NCBI GenBank assembly: GCA_001275005.1 | Contig: JWZX01003306.1 | Location: 1-64,000, forward strand | Direction: 5' to 3' | DNA from: Chrysochromulina tobinii | Taxonomy: Eukaryota | Length of the DNA stretch: 64,000 nt | Shown: positions 48,861 to 59,355 of the stretch, piece by piece | How positions within the stretch are numbered: position 1 is the first letter of the stretch | How the letters are laid out: each line of letters starts with the position of its first letter | Translations under genes and position numbers: made by a program | Notes under the pieces: generated by a model | The model's input: only the letters and a program-made list of their open reading frames with translations | Databases searched by the model: none | What the model was told of the DNA's origin: nothing

Positions 48861-50276
48861 ATGCAGTTTGTTGACGTGAGGCCAGCCGCGCGGCTCACCG
48901 GAGCTGATGCTGAAGGCCGCATTGTCGCGTGGCGTCTGCATGTCAGCGGCATCGCGGCCATGGACTTGCCCGACGCGGCCGCCTACGGACGGCATGAGTG
49001 GATGGGCTTCGTTCTGCGCTTCACTGCCACATGGAGCGGTGAGAGCAAGCGCACCTCTGTTGCACCAAGTCAGGGTGGTCGCTCGCACAGTTGGGCTGGT
49101 GAGCACACGACGCTCGCGCTGCCGTCCGTGGTGGGCGACAGCGTGCCCGAGAGCGAGCTGGACATCGCGCTCTGCGCGCGAATCGTCGGCAAGCCAGACG
49201 AGATCATCGGCGCGGCCAAGGTATCTATCGCCTCGCGTTCGGGAGCGGTCAGTCAGCTCGCTCTGCTTGGACCCATATTCACTGGCACCAACCCAACGGT
49301 GAGCTTTCGCTTTGACGTGACCGGCGTCACGCGCGCCCAGGCAGATCGCGAGTACAGCGCCGGTGCGAGCCAGGCCAGCCAGCAGACAGGCCAGCCGCAA
49401 CCACTGGCCCAGTCACGCAGCGTGGAGGAGCTCGTCGACCCGTCGCGTCAGCCCGCCAAGCACAGCTTCTCAACGGTAAGTCTGCTCGCAGCCCGCGGCA
49501 GTAGCAGCAGCAGCGGCGCACGCCCTGCGTCCGCAGGCGGCGGCGGCGGCGGCGGCATTGGCGGCGGCGGCATTGGCGGCGGCGGCGGCGGAAGTGGTTT
49601 CGCACTTGGCGACGGCGGCGGTGGCGGTTACACTACTTGGGAGCACTCGCCGGCCGCGGGCGCCGTCGGCGGCCGCTCGTGGCTCGGCCGGCCAGCGAGT
49701 GCCCAGCCGAGCCTGGCGGCAGTTCCTACGAGCGCGCGTTCCAAGCAGCAGCAGCAGCAGCTGGGCGCGCATCTCGGATTCACAGTCGCCGAGCCGCCGC
49801 CGCTCCCGCCGGCGGCAGCACCGCCGCCGCCCACAACGTCCTCCGTAGGCTTCGGAACCGCCGTCCCCCCGCCCAAAACGACGCCCGCGCCAGCCAATAA
49901 TGCAGCCAAGGGTAAGCCAAAGGGCAAGGGCGAGCCGGCGAAGCCCGCCGGGCTGTCCGCCGGGGCGCCGAAGCAGGAGGCCTGGCTGCGGCCGATCATG
50001 GCGCCATCCGCGCGCATGCTGATGGGCCTTGATGAGTGCGCGCGCATCAAGGCGGCCTTCGTCAAGGCGGGACTGGCGTGTCCGACGGCCGCGTTGGAGA
50101 AGGCGCTGCTGCTCCCTGAGGACCGTCCGGTGCCCCTGTGTCTCTCCGAGCTGCCCAGGGCCGGGCCCGAGGGGAGACCACTGCCGTGCAAGGACCCCAT
50201 CTTGCCGAGCGGCAAGGGTGGTAAGAAGGGCAAGGGCAAGAAAGGCGGTAAGAAGGGGGGTAAGAAAAAGAAGTGA
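48861..50276 (+). CDS. C2-domain protein with low-complexity middle and Lys/Gly-rich tail
   Basis: C2-like LHVSGIAAMDLPDA..KRTSV..HSWAGE..DEIIGAAKVSI; tail GKGGKKGKGKKGGKKGGKKKK; ATG 48861 avoids overlap with the channel gene. Confidence 0.65.
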   Translation: MQFVDVRPAARLTGADAEGRIVAWRLHVSGIAAMDLPDAAAYGRHEWMGFVLRFTATWSGESKRTSVAPSQGGRSHSWAGEHTTLALPSVVGDSVPESELDIALCARIVGKPDEIIGAAKVSIASRSGAVSQLALLGPIFTGTNPTVSFRFDVTGVTRAQADREYSAGASQASQQTGQPQPLAQSRSVEELVDPSRQPAKHSFSTVSLLAARGSSSSSGARPASAGGGGGGGIGGGGIGGGGGGSGFALGDGGGGGYTTWEHSPAAGAVGGRSWLGRPASAQPSLAAVPTSARSKQQQQQLGAHLGFTVAEPPPLPPAAAPPPPTTSSVGFGTAVPPPKTTPAPANNAAKGKPKGKGEPAKPAGLSAGAPKQEAWLRPIMAPSARMLMGLDECARIKAAFVKAGLACPTAALEKALLLPEDRPVPLCLSELPRAGPEGRPLPCKDPILPSGKGGKKGKGKKGGKKGGKKKK

Positions 50277-50358
50277 GAAGCACTGTGTATCCACAGACAA
50301 GGTTCGTCCGTTCTGTATTCACAGCCCGCTCCGCTTTTCAGTCTCTCTCGCAACAAGA

Positions 50359-51092
50359 ATGGCTCTCCGCATGCTGGGCCGTCGGTCCATGTCTGCAGCG
50401 GCGGCGCCTGTGACCAAGTTTGGCACGCCGGGCCGCTACGCCAACGCCATCTACGCCGCCGCTGCACAAAAGAATGCGCTCGCTGCCGTCACCGACGACC
50501 TGTCGCTGCTTAAGGAGACACTCAAGGCGAGCGCCACGCTGCACCACTTCGTGACCAACCCGTCGATCCCGCGCGAGACGAAGGCGAGCGGCATCGTCAA
50601 GCTGCTGACGTCTGCCAAGGCGGACGTCGTCACGAAGAATGCGATGGCCACACTCGCCGAGGGCGGCCGCATGCACGACGTGTTCAAGGTGATCGACAAC
50701 TACATGGAGATCATCACAGCTGCCAAGGGTGAGGTGAATGCGGTCATCACGAGCGCAGCGCCGCTGCCCGAGGAGGAGAAGGCTGCCATCCGGGCACAGC
50801 TTGTCAGCTTCCTGGTACGCTGCCGCCCTGCCCCAGCCTACGCCAGAGACTCTCCCCCCCCAGTCTCGAACAGGGGCCAGGCTCTCCTCTTCCTCGAGGG
50901 CCGCTCACCTCGACGCGTCACGTGCTGCTCTCGCTGCCACAGGATAAGGGCCAGACCAAGGTGGAGTCGGTGTTCAAGGTGGATGCGTCCCTCGTCTCGG
51001 GCATCACCGTCGAGATCGGCGACAAGTTCCTTGATGCCTCGGTCGCGACGCAGCTCAAGAAGTTGCACAGCCTGCTCAAGACGAGCATCTAG
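50359..51092 (+). CDS. ATP5PO: Mitochondrial ATP synthase subunit O (OSCP/delta); exons 50359-50814 and 50943-51092
   Basis: Presequence MALRMLGRRSMS; FGTPGRYANAIY, LAEGGRM, AVITSAAPL; GT-AG intron 50815-50942; exon 2 KVDASLVSGITVEIGDKFLDASV..QL. Confidence 0.95.
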
Positions 51093-51606
51093 ACGAGACG
51101 CGGAGGGCTTCGTTATTTGCTGCGCGCTCCTTGCCACTTCGTGCGGTGATGGGCGGCGCACAGGTGCTTTTGTGACATGCTTGTGTGACATGTGCAGCGT
51201 GGCGGAGCGTCCGGATGCGGGGACCGGGATGGATCGTGCTGCGGACCGCCGCGCGGACGGGACGTGCGACGTCGCGCGGATACGCGCCGCCGCGACGCGG
51301 CAACTAGAGGCAGCCCCCCTTAGAGGCCCTAGATATGCCCCCGCTGCAGACTGAGACGTAAATGTGGCGCGTGTCGTGACTATTACAGCTTATTACAGCT
51401 TTTTATACTTTTCGTTACTCGGGATCTCTCGTTGCACGTTGGAGCTGCCCGTGCTACGGCCGACTACGTATCTCGTATGGTTCCGTAGCGTTACAAATCG
51501 AATCTGACTCTCTCGTATGGTTCCGTATGCGGTATGGCCGGTCGTGTGTACCGAGAGCCAAACCTAGAGAGCTTGAAGGCGGTTCTCGCTCCCGCAGGCT
51601 TACCGC

Positions 51607-53745
51607 TTACGACCTGCCCTTGCCTTTCGAGGGAGCCGCCGCGGTTGGCGCCGCCGCGACCGTCTTTTCCCCCCGCAGGGAGGCGCGCGCCGCCTTGCGC
51701 GCGAGGCGCTCCGCCGCGGCCTTCATGTCTTCGCGGCTGATCAGCTCCGACTCGTCGTCTATGGCTGCCATTTGAAAGCTGGTGCGCTTGACTGGCGGCT
51801 CCTTATCCTTGTCCTTGGTCTCCTTCTCCGCAGCGGCCTTGGCCGCGGCTGAGGCGCGCTTACCCGTCGCCTCATCGGTGACTGGTGTCTCCTCGCGCGC
51901 CTGCAGCAGCAATTCGGCCAGCTCGAAGGGCATCACGCGGATGTTGTTCGAGGGCAGCGCCTCTTTTAGTATCGCTTCCTGCTTCGAGAAGACGCGCTCG
52001 ACCTTCCCCCCTTTTGCAGATTTGCCCGTGAGCGGGGCCGCGCTCGGCTCGCCGGCGCTGTCCGCGCCGAAGCCCTTGCTCCCTCCTGTCGGAGAACGCT
52101 GCTGCTTGGCTAGGCTGAAAATCGACGACCCACCGGGCGAAACGACATTCGGCTCGTCGTCCGGTTCGCCCGCGGCGGCAGCGGCACGCCGGCGCGCTTT
52201 GGCGGCTCTAGCACTGGCCTCGATCTGGGCTATCATCTCGAGCAGCCTCGCGCCGCGCTGCCCGATCTCCTCAACCATCGTGGGGAGGTCTGCAAGCTCC
52301 TTAGGCAGCAATGAGAGATCGACATCGCCCTCGGCGCCGGACGAATCTTTCGGGGTCGCGCGGTGCACCCCCTGCTGCGGCGTCTGCTGCGTCGAGCGGG
52401 CCTCCGCGTCCGCAAGCAGCCGATCGATGGCCGCATTCTGCGCGCCGCTGCCCTCTGGCTGCCGTCGCCTTCTGCGTGGGTCGTCGACCTCGATCCCAGG
52501 CTCGAGGAGCTTGTGCAAAGTCTCCCAAGTCAGGCGCGACGTCTGGAGCATGGCAGTCGTGCTCGCGAGGCTGCCGCTCAGCTCGCGCTGCCGCTGCTCC
52601 TGCCCAGCCAGCCGCTGGCGTACCTCGCCGATCTGATCCTTGAGCTCGCTGACGTTCTCGCCTCCAAATTGCTCCTTAGTTCGCTCCTCCTCGAAGCTCA
52701 ACTTCTGCTCCTCGAGCTCCGTGCGTCGCTGCTCGATGCCGGCGATGCGTTTCTGGAGCTGCGAGGCGAGCTCGCTCTTGGAGAGCACGATGAAGAGCAC
52801 CTCCTGTAGGTCCTTGGCACCCGTGATCCCCTCTATCTTGAGGAATGCGCGCCTGCACTTATCCTCGAAGCTGAAGGTCGCCTTGGCGCCAGACTCGTTG
52901 ATCGCACGTAGCGCATCCATGGTGCCTGCAGCCACGCGCAGGTTCTTCTCGCCCTCGGCATCGAGGTCGCCGCGCGAGGCGAGCAGCTTGTCCTGGTGGT
53001 GCTTCTGCCGCTCCGAGCGCTCCTGCGAGTACTTGACCATATCCCCGACCATTGCCCGGCGCTCCTCCATCATCTTGTTCTGCGACGCGCGCTCCTCGTG
53101 CAGGGTATGGCGCAGCACGGCGAGCGCCGCCTCGGCCTCGCCGAGCTCGGCCTCGCCCTCTCTGCTCACGTTCATCCACTGAGACAGCCGCAGCTTGCTC
53201 TCGTCGATGACACGTTGGATCGTGTTCAGCCGCTGCTGGTCCTCAGTCACCAGGTCTTGCAAGCGCCCCTCCATCATCAGGTATGTTTCCTCGCGGTCGT
53301 TCGCGTCGGCCGCGTCGCCTTCGGCCATCGCAAGCTGCTCCTCGAGCTGCTGCAGCCTGACCTCGGCAGCCGTCATGTCCAGCAGCCGCCGCTCGTGCAC
53401 AATCGCTTCCACTTTCGCACGCTCCTCAACAAGCTCTGTCACCTGCTGCTTCACGAGCTTCTCCGTCGCCAGCAGCGACGAGGTCTCCGATTGGTCGACG
53501 ATGAGCTGCTTCATCGGCTCGAGCCGTCGCCGCGCAGGCGATTTGAACAGATCCTTGACATACATCGTCTGGAATTTCTGCTTCTCGCTGTGCAGCTGCT
53601 GCCGCAGGTGCTCGTTCTCGGTGACGAGCTTCTCGAGCGTCTCGCCGGGAGCGAGCGCCGCATGCGAGCCACTCCGCGAGCTACCAGTGCGCCCGCTGGC
53701 CGGTGGCAACACCGGCACGGTGGAGCTTTGCCTGAGTTTTGGCAT
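51607..53745 (-). CDS. Coiled-coil protein, probably outer dynein arm docking complex-like (CCDC151/DC1 type)
   Basis: ~710-aa heptad-rich ORF; FEDKCRRAFLKIEGITGAKDLQEVL resembles the ODA-DC family motif. Confidence 0.6.
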   Translation of the reverse strand: MPKLRQSSTVPVLPPASGRTGSSRSGSHAALAPGETLEKLVTENEHLRQQLHSEKQKFQTMYVKDLFKSPARRRLEPMKQLIVDQSETSSLLATEKLVKQQVTELVEERAKVEAIVHERRLLDMTAAEVRLQQLEEQLAMAEGDAADANDREETYLMMEGRLQDLVTEDQQRLNTIQRVIDESKLRLSQWMNVSREGEAELGEAEAALAVLRHTLHEERASQNKMMEERRAMVGDMVKYSQERSERQKHHQDKLLASRGDLDAEGEKNLRVAAGTMDALRAINESGAKATFSFEDKCRRAFLKIEGITGAKDLQEVLFIVLSKSELASQLQKRIAGIEQRRTELEEQKLSFEEERTKEQFGGENVSELKDQIGEVRQRLAGQEQRQRELSGSLASTTAMLQTSRLTWETLHKLLEPGIEVDDPRRRRRQPEGSGAQNAAIDRLLADAEARSTQQTPQQGVHRATPKDSSGAEGDVDLSLLPKELADLPTMVEEIGQRGARLLEMIAQIEASARAAKARRRAAAAAGEPDDEPNVVSPGGSSIFSLAKQQRSPTGGSKGFGADSAGEPSAAPLTGKSAKGGKVERVFSKQEAILKEALPSNNIRVMPFELAELLLQAREETPVTDEATGKRASAAAKAAAEKETKDKDKEPPVKRTSFQMAAIDDESELISREDMKAAAERLARKAARASLRGEKTVAAAPTAAAPSKGKGRS

Positions 53746-54044
53746 CGGCGAAGGGCACACGCATTCTGAAGACTGAACCGCTCCTGCTTCCGGCGAGACT
53801 GTGAACGTCAGTCTAGCCCTGTGAATTGATGGGTATCCACGCGGCTCTTGGGTGGGGGTGACTTAAGTCGCGCCGCTGGTACTTAAGTCGGGATATCGCC
53901 AAAACTCAAATCAAATTGTGCTTTAAGTCGAGAAGCCGTGAAGCCCCCACCGCGACCCTCTTAGATCACCCCCTCTGGATTTAAGCCGCCACCCGCCGCT
54001 CCCACTTCCCTCTGTGAAGCCCTGTGTCGATTCAATGACAAGAT

Positions 54045-54926
54045 TTAGAAACCCTCGACGCTGCGGACCAAGCCCACATAGAGCCGCGTGAATAGACCTC
54101 GCCCGGCAGGATAGTCTTTCGGGACGAACCCGATGAACGCCGCGGCATAGTAGTCATCCTCCAACGGCGAGGTGCGGCTGTGAAGCATGCGTGAACCCTC
54201 GTAAAGCACCGCCTCGCCCTCGGTGTGAAACACCTCGTGCGCGGCGCCGCCGAGAGCACGCATGTGCAGCGGCCAGCGGCTGCGGTTGCCCGTCTGCCTC
54301 ACATTCATCGTGGCTGATATCACGAACTTGTGCGCCCAGTCGAGGTGCGAGGCGAGCGAGGCTCCGCGCCGATACACTCGCACGCCGCCGCCACCGATTG
54401 TTGCGCTGTCGTCGAGCTCGCACCCGCAAAAGGAGGAAAGGAGCGGCTTGAAGGCTCTCCGCATTTCCGCCTGCAAGGTGGCCGGTATATTGACGCGCGC
54501 CGATCGACCGAAGATGATTTCATTTTCATTCGGCTCACCTTGCCCACCGTAGGACATGTGTGGCTGCTGAATGCTCGCATCACTTACCAGAGCCAATAGC
54601 TTGCGGTGGATATCTGGCGGCATGGCTACCACTTCGTACCCGCGGTGATGGTAGCCGCTGATCATCGCCCACTGGAGTGGCTGAACCAGTTGACGAAACT
54701 GCAGCCCTGGACGCTCTGCAGTGGCCACCGATAGCGCTGCAGCAGCGAATAGACCGACAACGATAAATGCGCATGCCTTTCGCCACGGCCGAGGTCGTCG
54801 ATGTCGTGTGCGTGTATTCTCCTCGTTATCGTGGAGTTTGGTTGCCGCGTACATCGTTGCAGATAACGTGGACCGGCGCATGTCGCAGTCGGCAAGGAGA
54901 GGGACTGCGTCGCCACCCCTCGGCAT
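54045..54926 (-). CDS. Membrane-anchored 2-oxoglutarate/Fe(II) oxygenase-like protein
   Basis: TM AFIVVGLFAAAALSVA; GVRVYRRGASLASHLD (HxD), VISATMNV, WPL, GEAVLYEGSRMLHSR (distal His). Confidence 0.75.
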   Translation of the reverse strand: MPRGGDAVPLLADCDMRRSTLSATMYAATKLHDNEENTRTRHRRPRPWRKACAFIVVGLFAAAALSVATAERPGLQFRQLVQPLQWAMISGYHHRGYEVVAMPPDIHRKLLALVSDASIQQPHMSYGGQGEPNENEIIFGRSARVNIPATLQAEMRRAFKPLLSSFCGCELDDSATIGGGGVRVYRRGASLASHLDWAHKFVISATMNVRQTGNRSRWPLHMRALGGAAHEVFHTEGEAVLYEGSRMLHSRTSPLEDDYYAAAFIGFVPKDYPAGRGLFTRLYVGLVRSVEGF

Positions 54927-55193
54927 CTTCTACCATTGAAAACCGTTCATAGTTTTCTTACATGTTTCTTGTTCGTCTTGTTACTGACTGACTTCTCAAA
55001 GGTCAGTCCCCCCGCTCACCAACCTCAAGTACAATAAGCTTGGCAAGTGGTGGGGGAGTAAGTGCGCGCGCGCACTGACTCTGAGTGGGAGTGAGAGGGT
55101 GATGTGAGGGTCCGCACAAAGAATGCCAATCAATAATGTATAATCAAACGGTCAACAACCCGGTGCGCCGCGGACGATCTTATTACCTGCGAC

Positions 55194-57180
55194 CTAAATT
55201 TTATGTGTCTCCGGCCCCCATACGAACGCTGGGTGCACGAGCTCCTGCAGCATCGCACTGTACGGCGCGTAAAACCTTTCGAGGTCTGGGATGCTCTTCT
55301 TCAGGTCGTCCTTGGCCCTGCGCGCCTGGCTGTCTACCCCCTTTTTGGTGAAGGAGAGCGGCACCTTTTTGGCAAGGCCCGCCTCGCACTCCCGGTTGCC
55401 GCGCACCAGCTGTATGATCTCCGTGTCCGTGTACAGCCCCGTGAAATTGGCGAGCAGATGGAGCAGCGCCGGCGCCTTCATGCGCATGAGGTCCTCGAAG
55501 CGCAGAAAGAGGAACTGCTCGCGCTTGAAGATGCGCAGCGCGCCGGCGATGCAGATCGGGTACAGCGAGTTGGTCACGTACCTGGCAGCGCCGTGGCGAG
55601 CGTGGCGGACCGGCGCGGTCAGACGTGTGGCGGCTGTGCGTGCGCGCGCGCGAGCAGCGGCAAGCTGGTTGGGAGCTGTTGGAAACGTTAGTTGAGTGCT
55701 AGCTGGCTGCGCGCGCGTGTTTGGTGGCTTGCTCACTCCATGGCTAGACCCTTGAAGCACGCCTGCATGTAAGCGAAGAGCTCCTCGTCGGGCAGCGTGC
55801 GCAGCAGGTCAGGCCTGTGGAAGAGCGTCGTGTTGCACTGCCGGAAGCGGCCCATCTGCTCCGCTGTGCGCGTCGAGAAGGAAGTGCCCTTGTCCCAGCC
55901 CCACGTGGTGAACATGGAGAACTCGGAGTATGCTCGCATGAGCGGGTCGCGCATGAGAACGATGAAGCGCAGCTCCGATGGGTCCCGCGCCGTCGCGTTG
56001 ATGTTGTGCAGCGCGCCGACGTGGCATAGGTAGTTGGGCGTGAAGTCCACGGAGGCGAACTCGTACTCGTCCGGCTTCACCCAAGGCATGGCAGTTTGGA
56101 GCCACATCGAGGTCGCTCGTCCGAAGCGCATCCGCAGCGTCTCGTGCCAACGGCAGCCCCACCGCTTGGGCCAGCTCGCTCGCGCCATGCAGCACGACGG
56201 GTGTATGCGCCCCGCGGGAAGGTGCGTGTGGGCGGGATTGGTGCAGAATGGTTCGAAGCGCTTCACCTTGTAGTAGTCCCAGTCGCGCGTCTTCATCGCC
56301 GGCGGCCGGTGCTCCGCCCTGGCGAAGAGCTCGAGAGGGATCTCGGGCCCATGCAGCGCGGCGAGGCCCACCTTGAAGTAGTTGCCATAGCCCCCGCCGT
56401 AGAAGAAGAGCTCCTTGCGGTGCATGCAACCGCCCGTCGCCGCGCATGAGATCCCAGGAAGCATGTATCGACGGCCCTCGCAGCCCTTCTTGGACCAGTT
56501 GCGAGGGTCGAAGGGGCGCGACACGGGCTTCGGCTGCCGACGCGCTCGCGGCGCCTCGGCGTTCAGACCGGAACGCGTGGCTGCGGATGCTGCTAGTGCG
56601 GCTGTTTTGCGCGCCTGTTCTGCTGTGATTGTGCCGGCGGCGGCGACGGCGGCGCGCGCCGGGCTGTCGCCGCACACCATCTCAGGGAGGAAGGCCACGT
56701 GCATGCACTCGAAGAGCCACGTGCTCGCCGACTTGGGAAAGCCGGGCATGAAGATCGTCGGTAGCACCGGCTGCGATTGGTTTTGCATCCGGCGATCGAG
56801 CTGGAAGCATTCGCCCGAGGGCGAGCCGTTGGGTCCCTTATACTTCAAGTCATCCGTGCCGAGCTCTTTCTCGAGGCAGCGCGCCGGAAGCGGCTGGTGG
56901 CCGGCGAAGTTATTGACGCCGACAGGCCGCGGCATCCACTGCCTGCCCTCGCAGTAGGCGGGCACCTCGTGATCCTCGTACGAGCGCAATCCGGCGTGCT
57001 TCTTCTGGAAATCGGCGACCGCAGCATCGACTGATACGACGAGAGTCGAACGTGCTTCGGTCAGAAGCCCGCGCGACGCTGCAAGAAAGAGGGCGCGAGC
57101 GTGGTTCCATCGGCATTGCTCGCACTCCAACCGTCCTTGTACCAGATTTGGCCCTTCCCGCCGTGCGGCGGCCGCACCAT
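55194..57180 (-). CDS. PAPS-dependent sulfotransferase; GT-AG intron 55582-55736, probable second short intron near 57079-57131
   Basis: 5'-PSB loop GFPKSASTWL, KELFFY, DFTPNYL, 3'-PB LMRDPLMRAYS; splice joins GLAME-YVTNSLY; FLFLRFEDL; LERFYAPY..L. Confidence 0.85.
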
Positions 57181-57340
57181 CGAGACGTCGGCCGGCCGCG
57201 TGAATTGAAGACGTTTTTGGAGATCAAATTGAGATTGTTGACCAAAAAGTAGAAATTCTGACAATTGGATTTACGCTTGCCCGAATTCTTCCATTACGAA
57301 ATTCGACTTCCACAAAACGCCATATCGGCTGCTTTTGTCA

Positions 57341-58909
57341 ATGTCCGACGAATCCAGCCTCCCTCCATCTCCTCTCGCCGCGCTGATCGCGCCAACCACC
57401 CTCGCCGAGTTCGAGGAGCGTTACTGGGAGCGTGAGCCGCTCTTCCTCCCACGAGACGAGCTGCCATCTGCCTTTGCCGATCTGCTCCGGACAGACGACG
57501 TTGCCGAACTCAGCGAGCGGATGGCGGCCCTTGAGGTCGAGCCGCAGATCATGCGCAACGGCGAAAGGTGCCAGCCACGCGAGCTGCTGTGGGACTTTCT
57601 CGACGGCGGCTCGGCCATCATCAATCGCATCGACCGCCTGTGGCCTCCCATCGGCCGACTATGCTCTGCCCTGCGCGCTGACTTTCTGCACGTCTTCGCA
57701 GTCATGTACCTGACTCCGCGCGACTCGCGCGCCGTTCCGGCGCACACGGACGATCAGGACGTCTTCATCTTGCAGCTGGCCGGGCGCAAGGCGTGGACCG
57801 TCTACGGCTCGCCCATCGAGCTGCCGTGCACGCACGAGCAGCTGGGCAAGACAGAGCCGATCGCCCGCTCGCTGTGGGAGAACGAGCTGCGCGAGCCCAT
57901 TCTCACGGCAGAGCTGGCGCCGGGCTCCCTGCTCTACCTGCCGCGCGGCTTCGTGCACGAGGCGCGCTGCACGAAGGCCGGCGGCAGCTCGCTGCACGTC
58001 ACGCTCACCGTCCAAACGTCCGACCTCAATTGGCGAACATTCCTACGCGATGGCCTCGTCGAGCTGCAGCGCACCAACGAGGCGGCACGGTGCGCGCTGC
58101 CGCTCGACGCGGCTCTCGGCGGCTTTGACGACGACGACGACGACGATGACGACGGCGACGAGCCCGCTGCCGTCGTCGCTCCTGCTGGCGACCGACCGGC
58201 GCCCGCTTCTCATGCACCCGCTGCCGAGGCCGCCCCCGCCGTGACCGATGCTCCCGACTCGGTCAGCGCGGCCGCCGACGGAGCTGGCCACGTATCCGCG
58301 TTGGCCCAGGCGGCGCCATATGCCGCTTTCGACGAGCTGATGGCGTGGACGGCCGCGCGCGCGGACGAGGGCTTCGAATTGGCCATGGGACGTTTGCATG
58401 CAAAGCTCCAAACCCTCAACGTGTCACAGGACCGTGCGATCGCCACCTCCGAGGCCGCCGGGGAGGAGGTGCGTCGCGCGGCGGCGGCGGCCGGGCGGCG
58501 ACCCGGGCTTCCCGCGCGCGTCGCCGTCGTGCCAGGCCTGCAGCTCCGCCGCACCGAAGAGGGCGCCATCGAATGCTACGACGCTCGGCGCGATAGGACC
58601 TTGCGCACTCGCCTCGGGGTCGTGTCACGCGCAGCCGTTGAGGCGCTCGAGGAGCTCACGCGTCGTGGGCAGCCCTTTGCACCGGCCGAGCTGCCGGGCT
58701 GCGACGATCTCGAGCGGGTCGCCGTGGTCGCGCGGCTGCTCGGGCTCGGCGTGCTGTGCGACGCCGAAGCGCTCCACGCTATTGATGACGATGGCGCTGA
58801 CGGCGACGCCGACGAGCATGTAGGTTCCGGTGGTCGTGGCGCTGGAGGAAGGGCTGGGGGGGCGCGCGGCGGAGGGGCCCGCTCAAAGCGGAGCGGCGGA
58901 CGAAGATAG
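57341..58909 (+). CDS. JmjC/cupin ribosomal oxygenase (NO66/MINA53/ROX family)
   Basis: LIAP....F...YWEREPL, MYLTP....VPAHTDDQDVFILQLAGRKAW, LAPGSLLYLPRGFVHEA, SLHVTL. Confidence 0.9.
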   Translation: MSDESSLPPSPLAALIAPTTLAEFEERYWEREPLFLPRDELPSAFADLLRTDDVAELSERMAALEVEPQIMRNGERCQPRELLWDFLDGGSAIINRIDRLWPPIGRLCSALRADFLHVFAVMYLTPRDSRAVPAHTDDQDVFILQLAGRKAWTVYGSPIELPCTHEQLGKTEPIARSLWENELREPILTAELAPGSLLYLPRGFVHEARCTKAGGSSLHVTLTVQTSDLNWRTFLRDGLVELQRTNEAARCALPLDAALGGFDDDDDDDDDGDEPAAVVAPAGDRPAPASHAPAAEAAPAVTDAPDSVSAAADGAGHVSALAQAAPYAAFDELMAWTAARADEGFELAMGRLHAKLQTLNVSQDRAIATSEAAGEEVRRAAAAAGRRPGLPARVAVVPGLQLRRTEEGAIECYDARRDRTLRTRLGVVSRAAVEALEELTRRGQPFAPAELPGCDDLERVAVVARLLGLGVLCDAEALHAIDDDGADGDADEHVGSGGRGAGGRAGGARGGGARSKRSGGRR

Positions 58910-59355
58910 TGCGTGTTAGGCCAGAAAAGACAGTGGCCGACGTGTGACGATGCGCCCGCGAGCTATGATCACATTTGTACGGTAGAGGATAGTGTAGTCT
59001 CTAGAGAGGGAGTGAGGGACGCCCCCGGGCTGATGCCACTCCAGTCTCGCCGGTCCCCGGCGTGGAGGCAGCTTGTCACTCGACTGTCCGACGCGTCAGA
59101 ACCGCTTCAGCCTTCACGGGGTTTGTACATTGTAGCTTTTGTGCGATTCCTAAAAAGTCTTACCGACTATTCGGCCCCTATCTCCCGTCACACGTCTGAG
59201 CTGCCCTCACACCGGTCACCGCGGACCCGCCCGCGACCTCCGGCCTCCTACACACGAGGACCGAATGCTCCGGTCAACAGGCGTTACCGCGTTTACACAT
59301 GTTCGATAGAGACTTTGATTACTTGACTTCAGGGGCAAGTCGAAAAGGACGCCGC

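Noticed and set aside
50029..51354. 441-aa ORF as an extended OSCP
   Set aside because: It reads through upstream sequence and an intron; the spliced model 50359-50814 plus 50943-51092 gives a normal-length OSCP.
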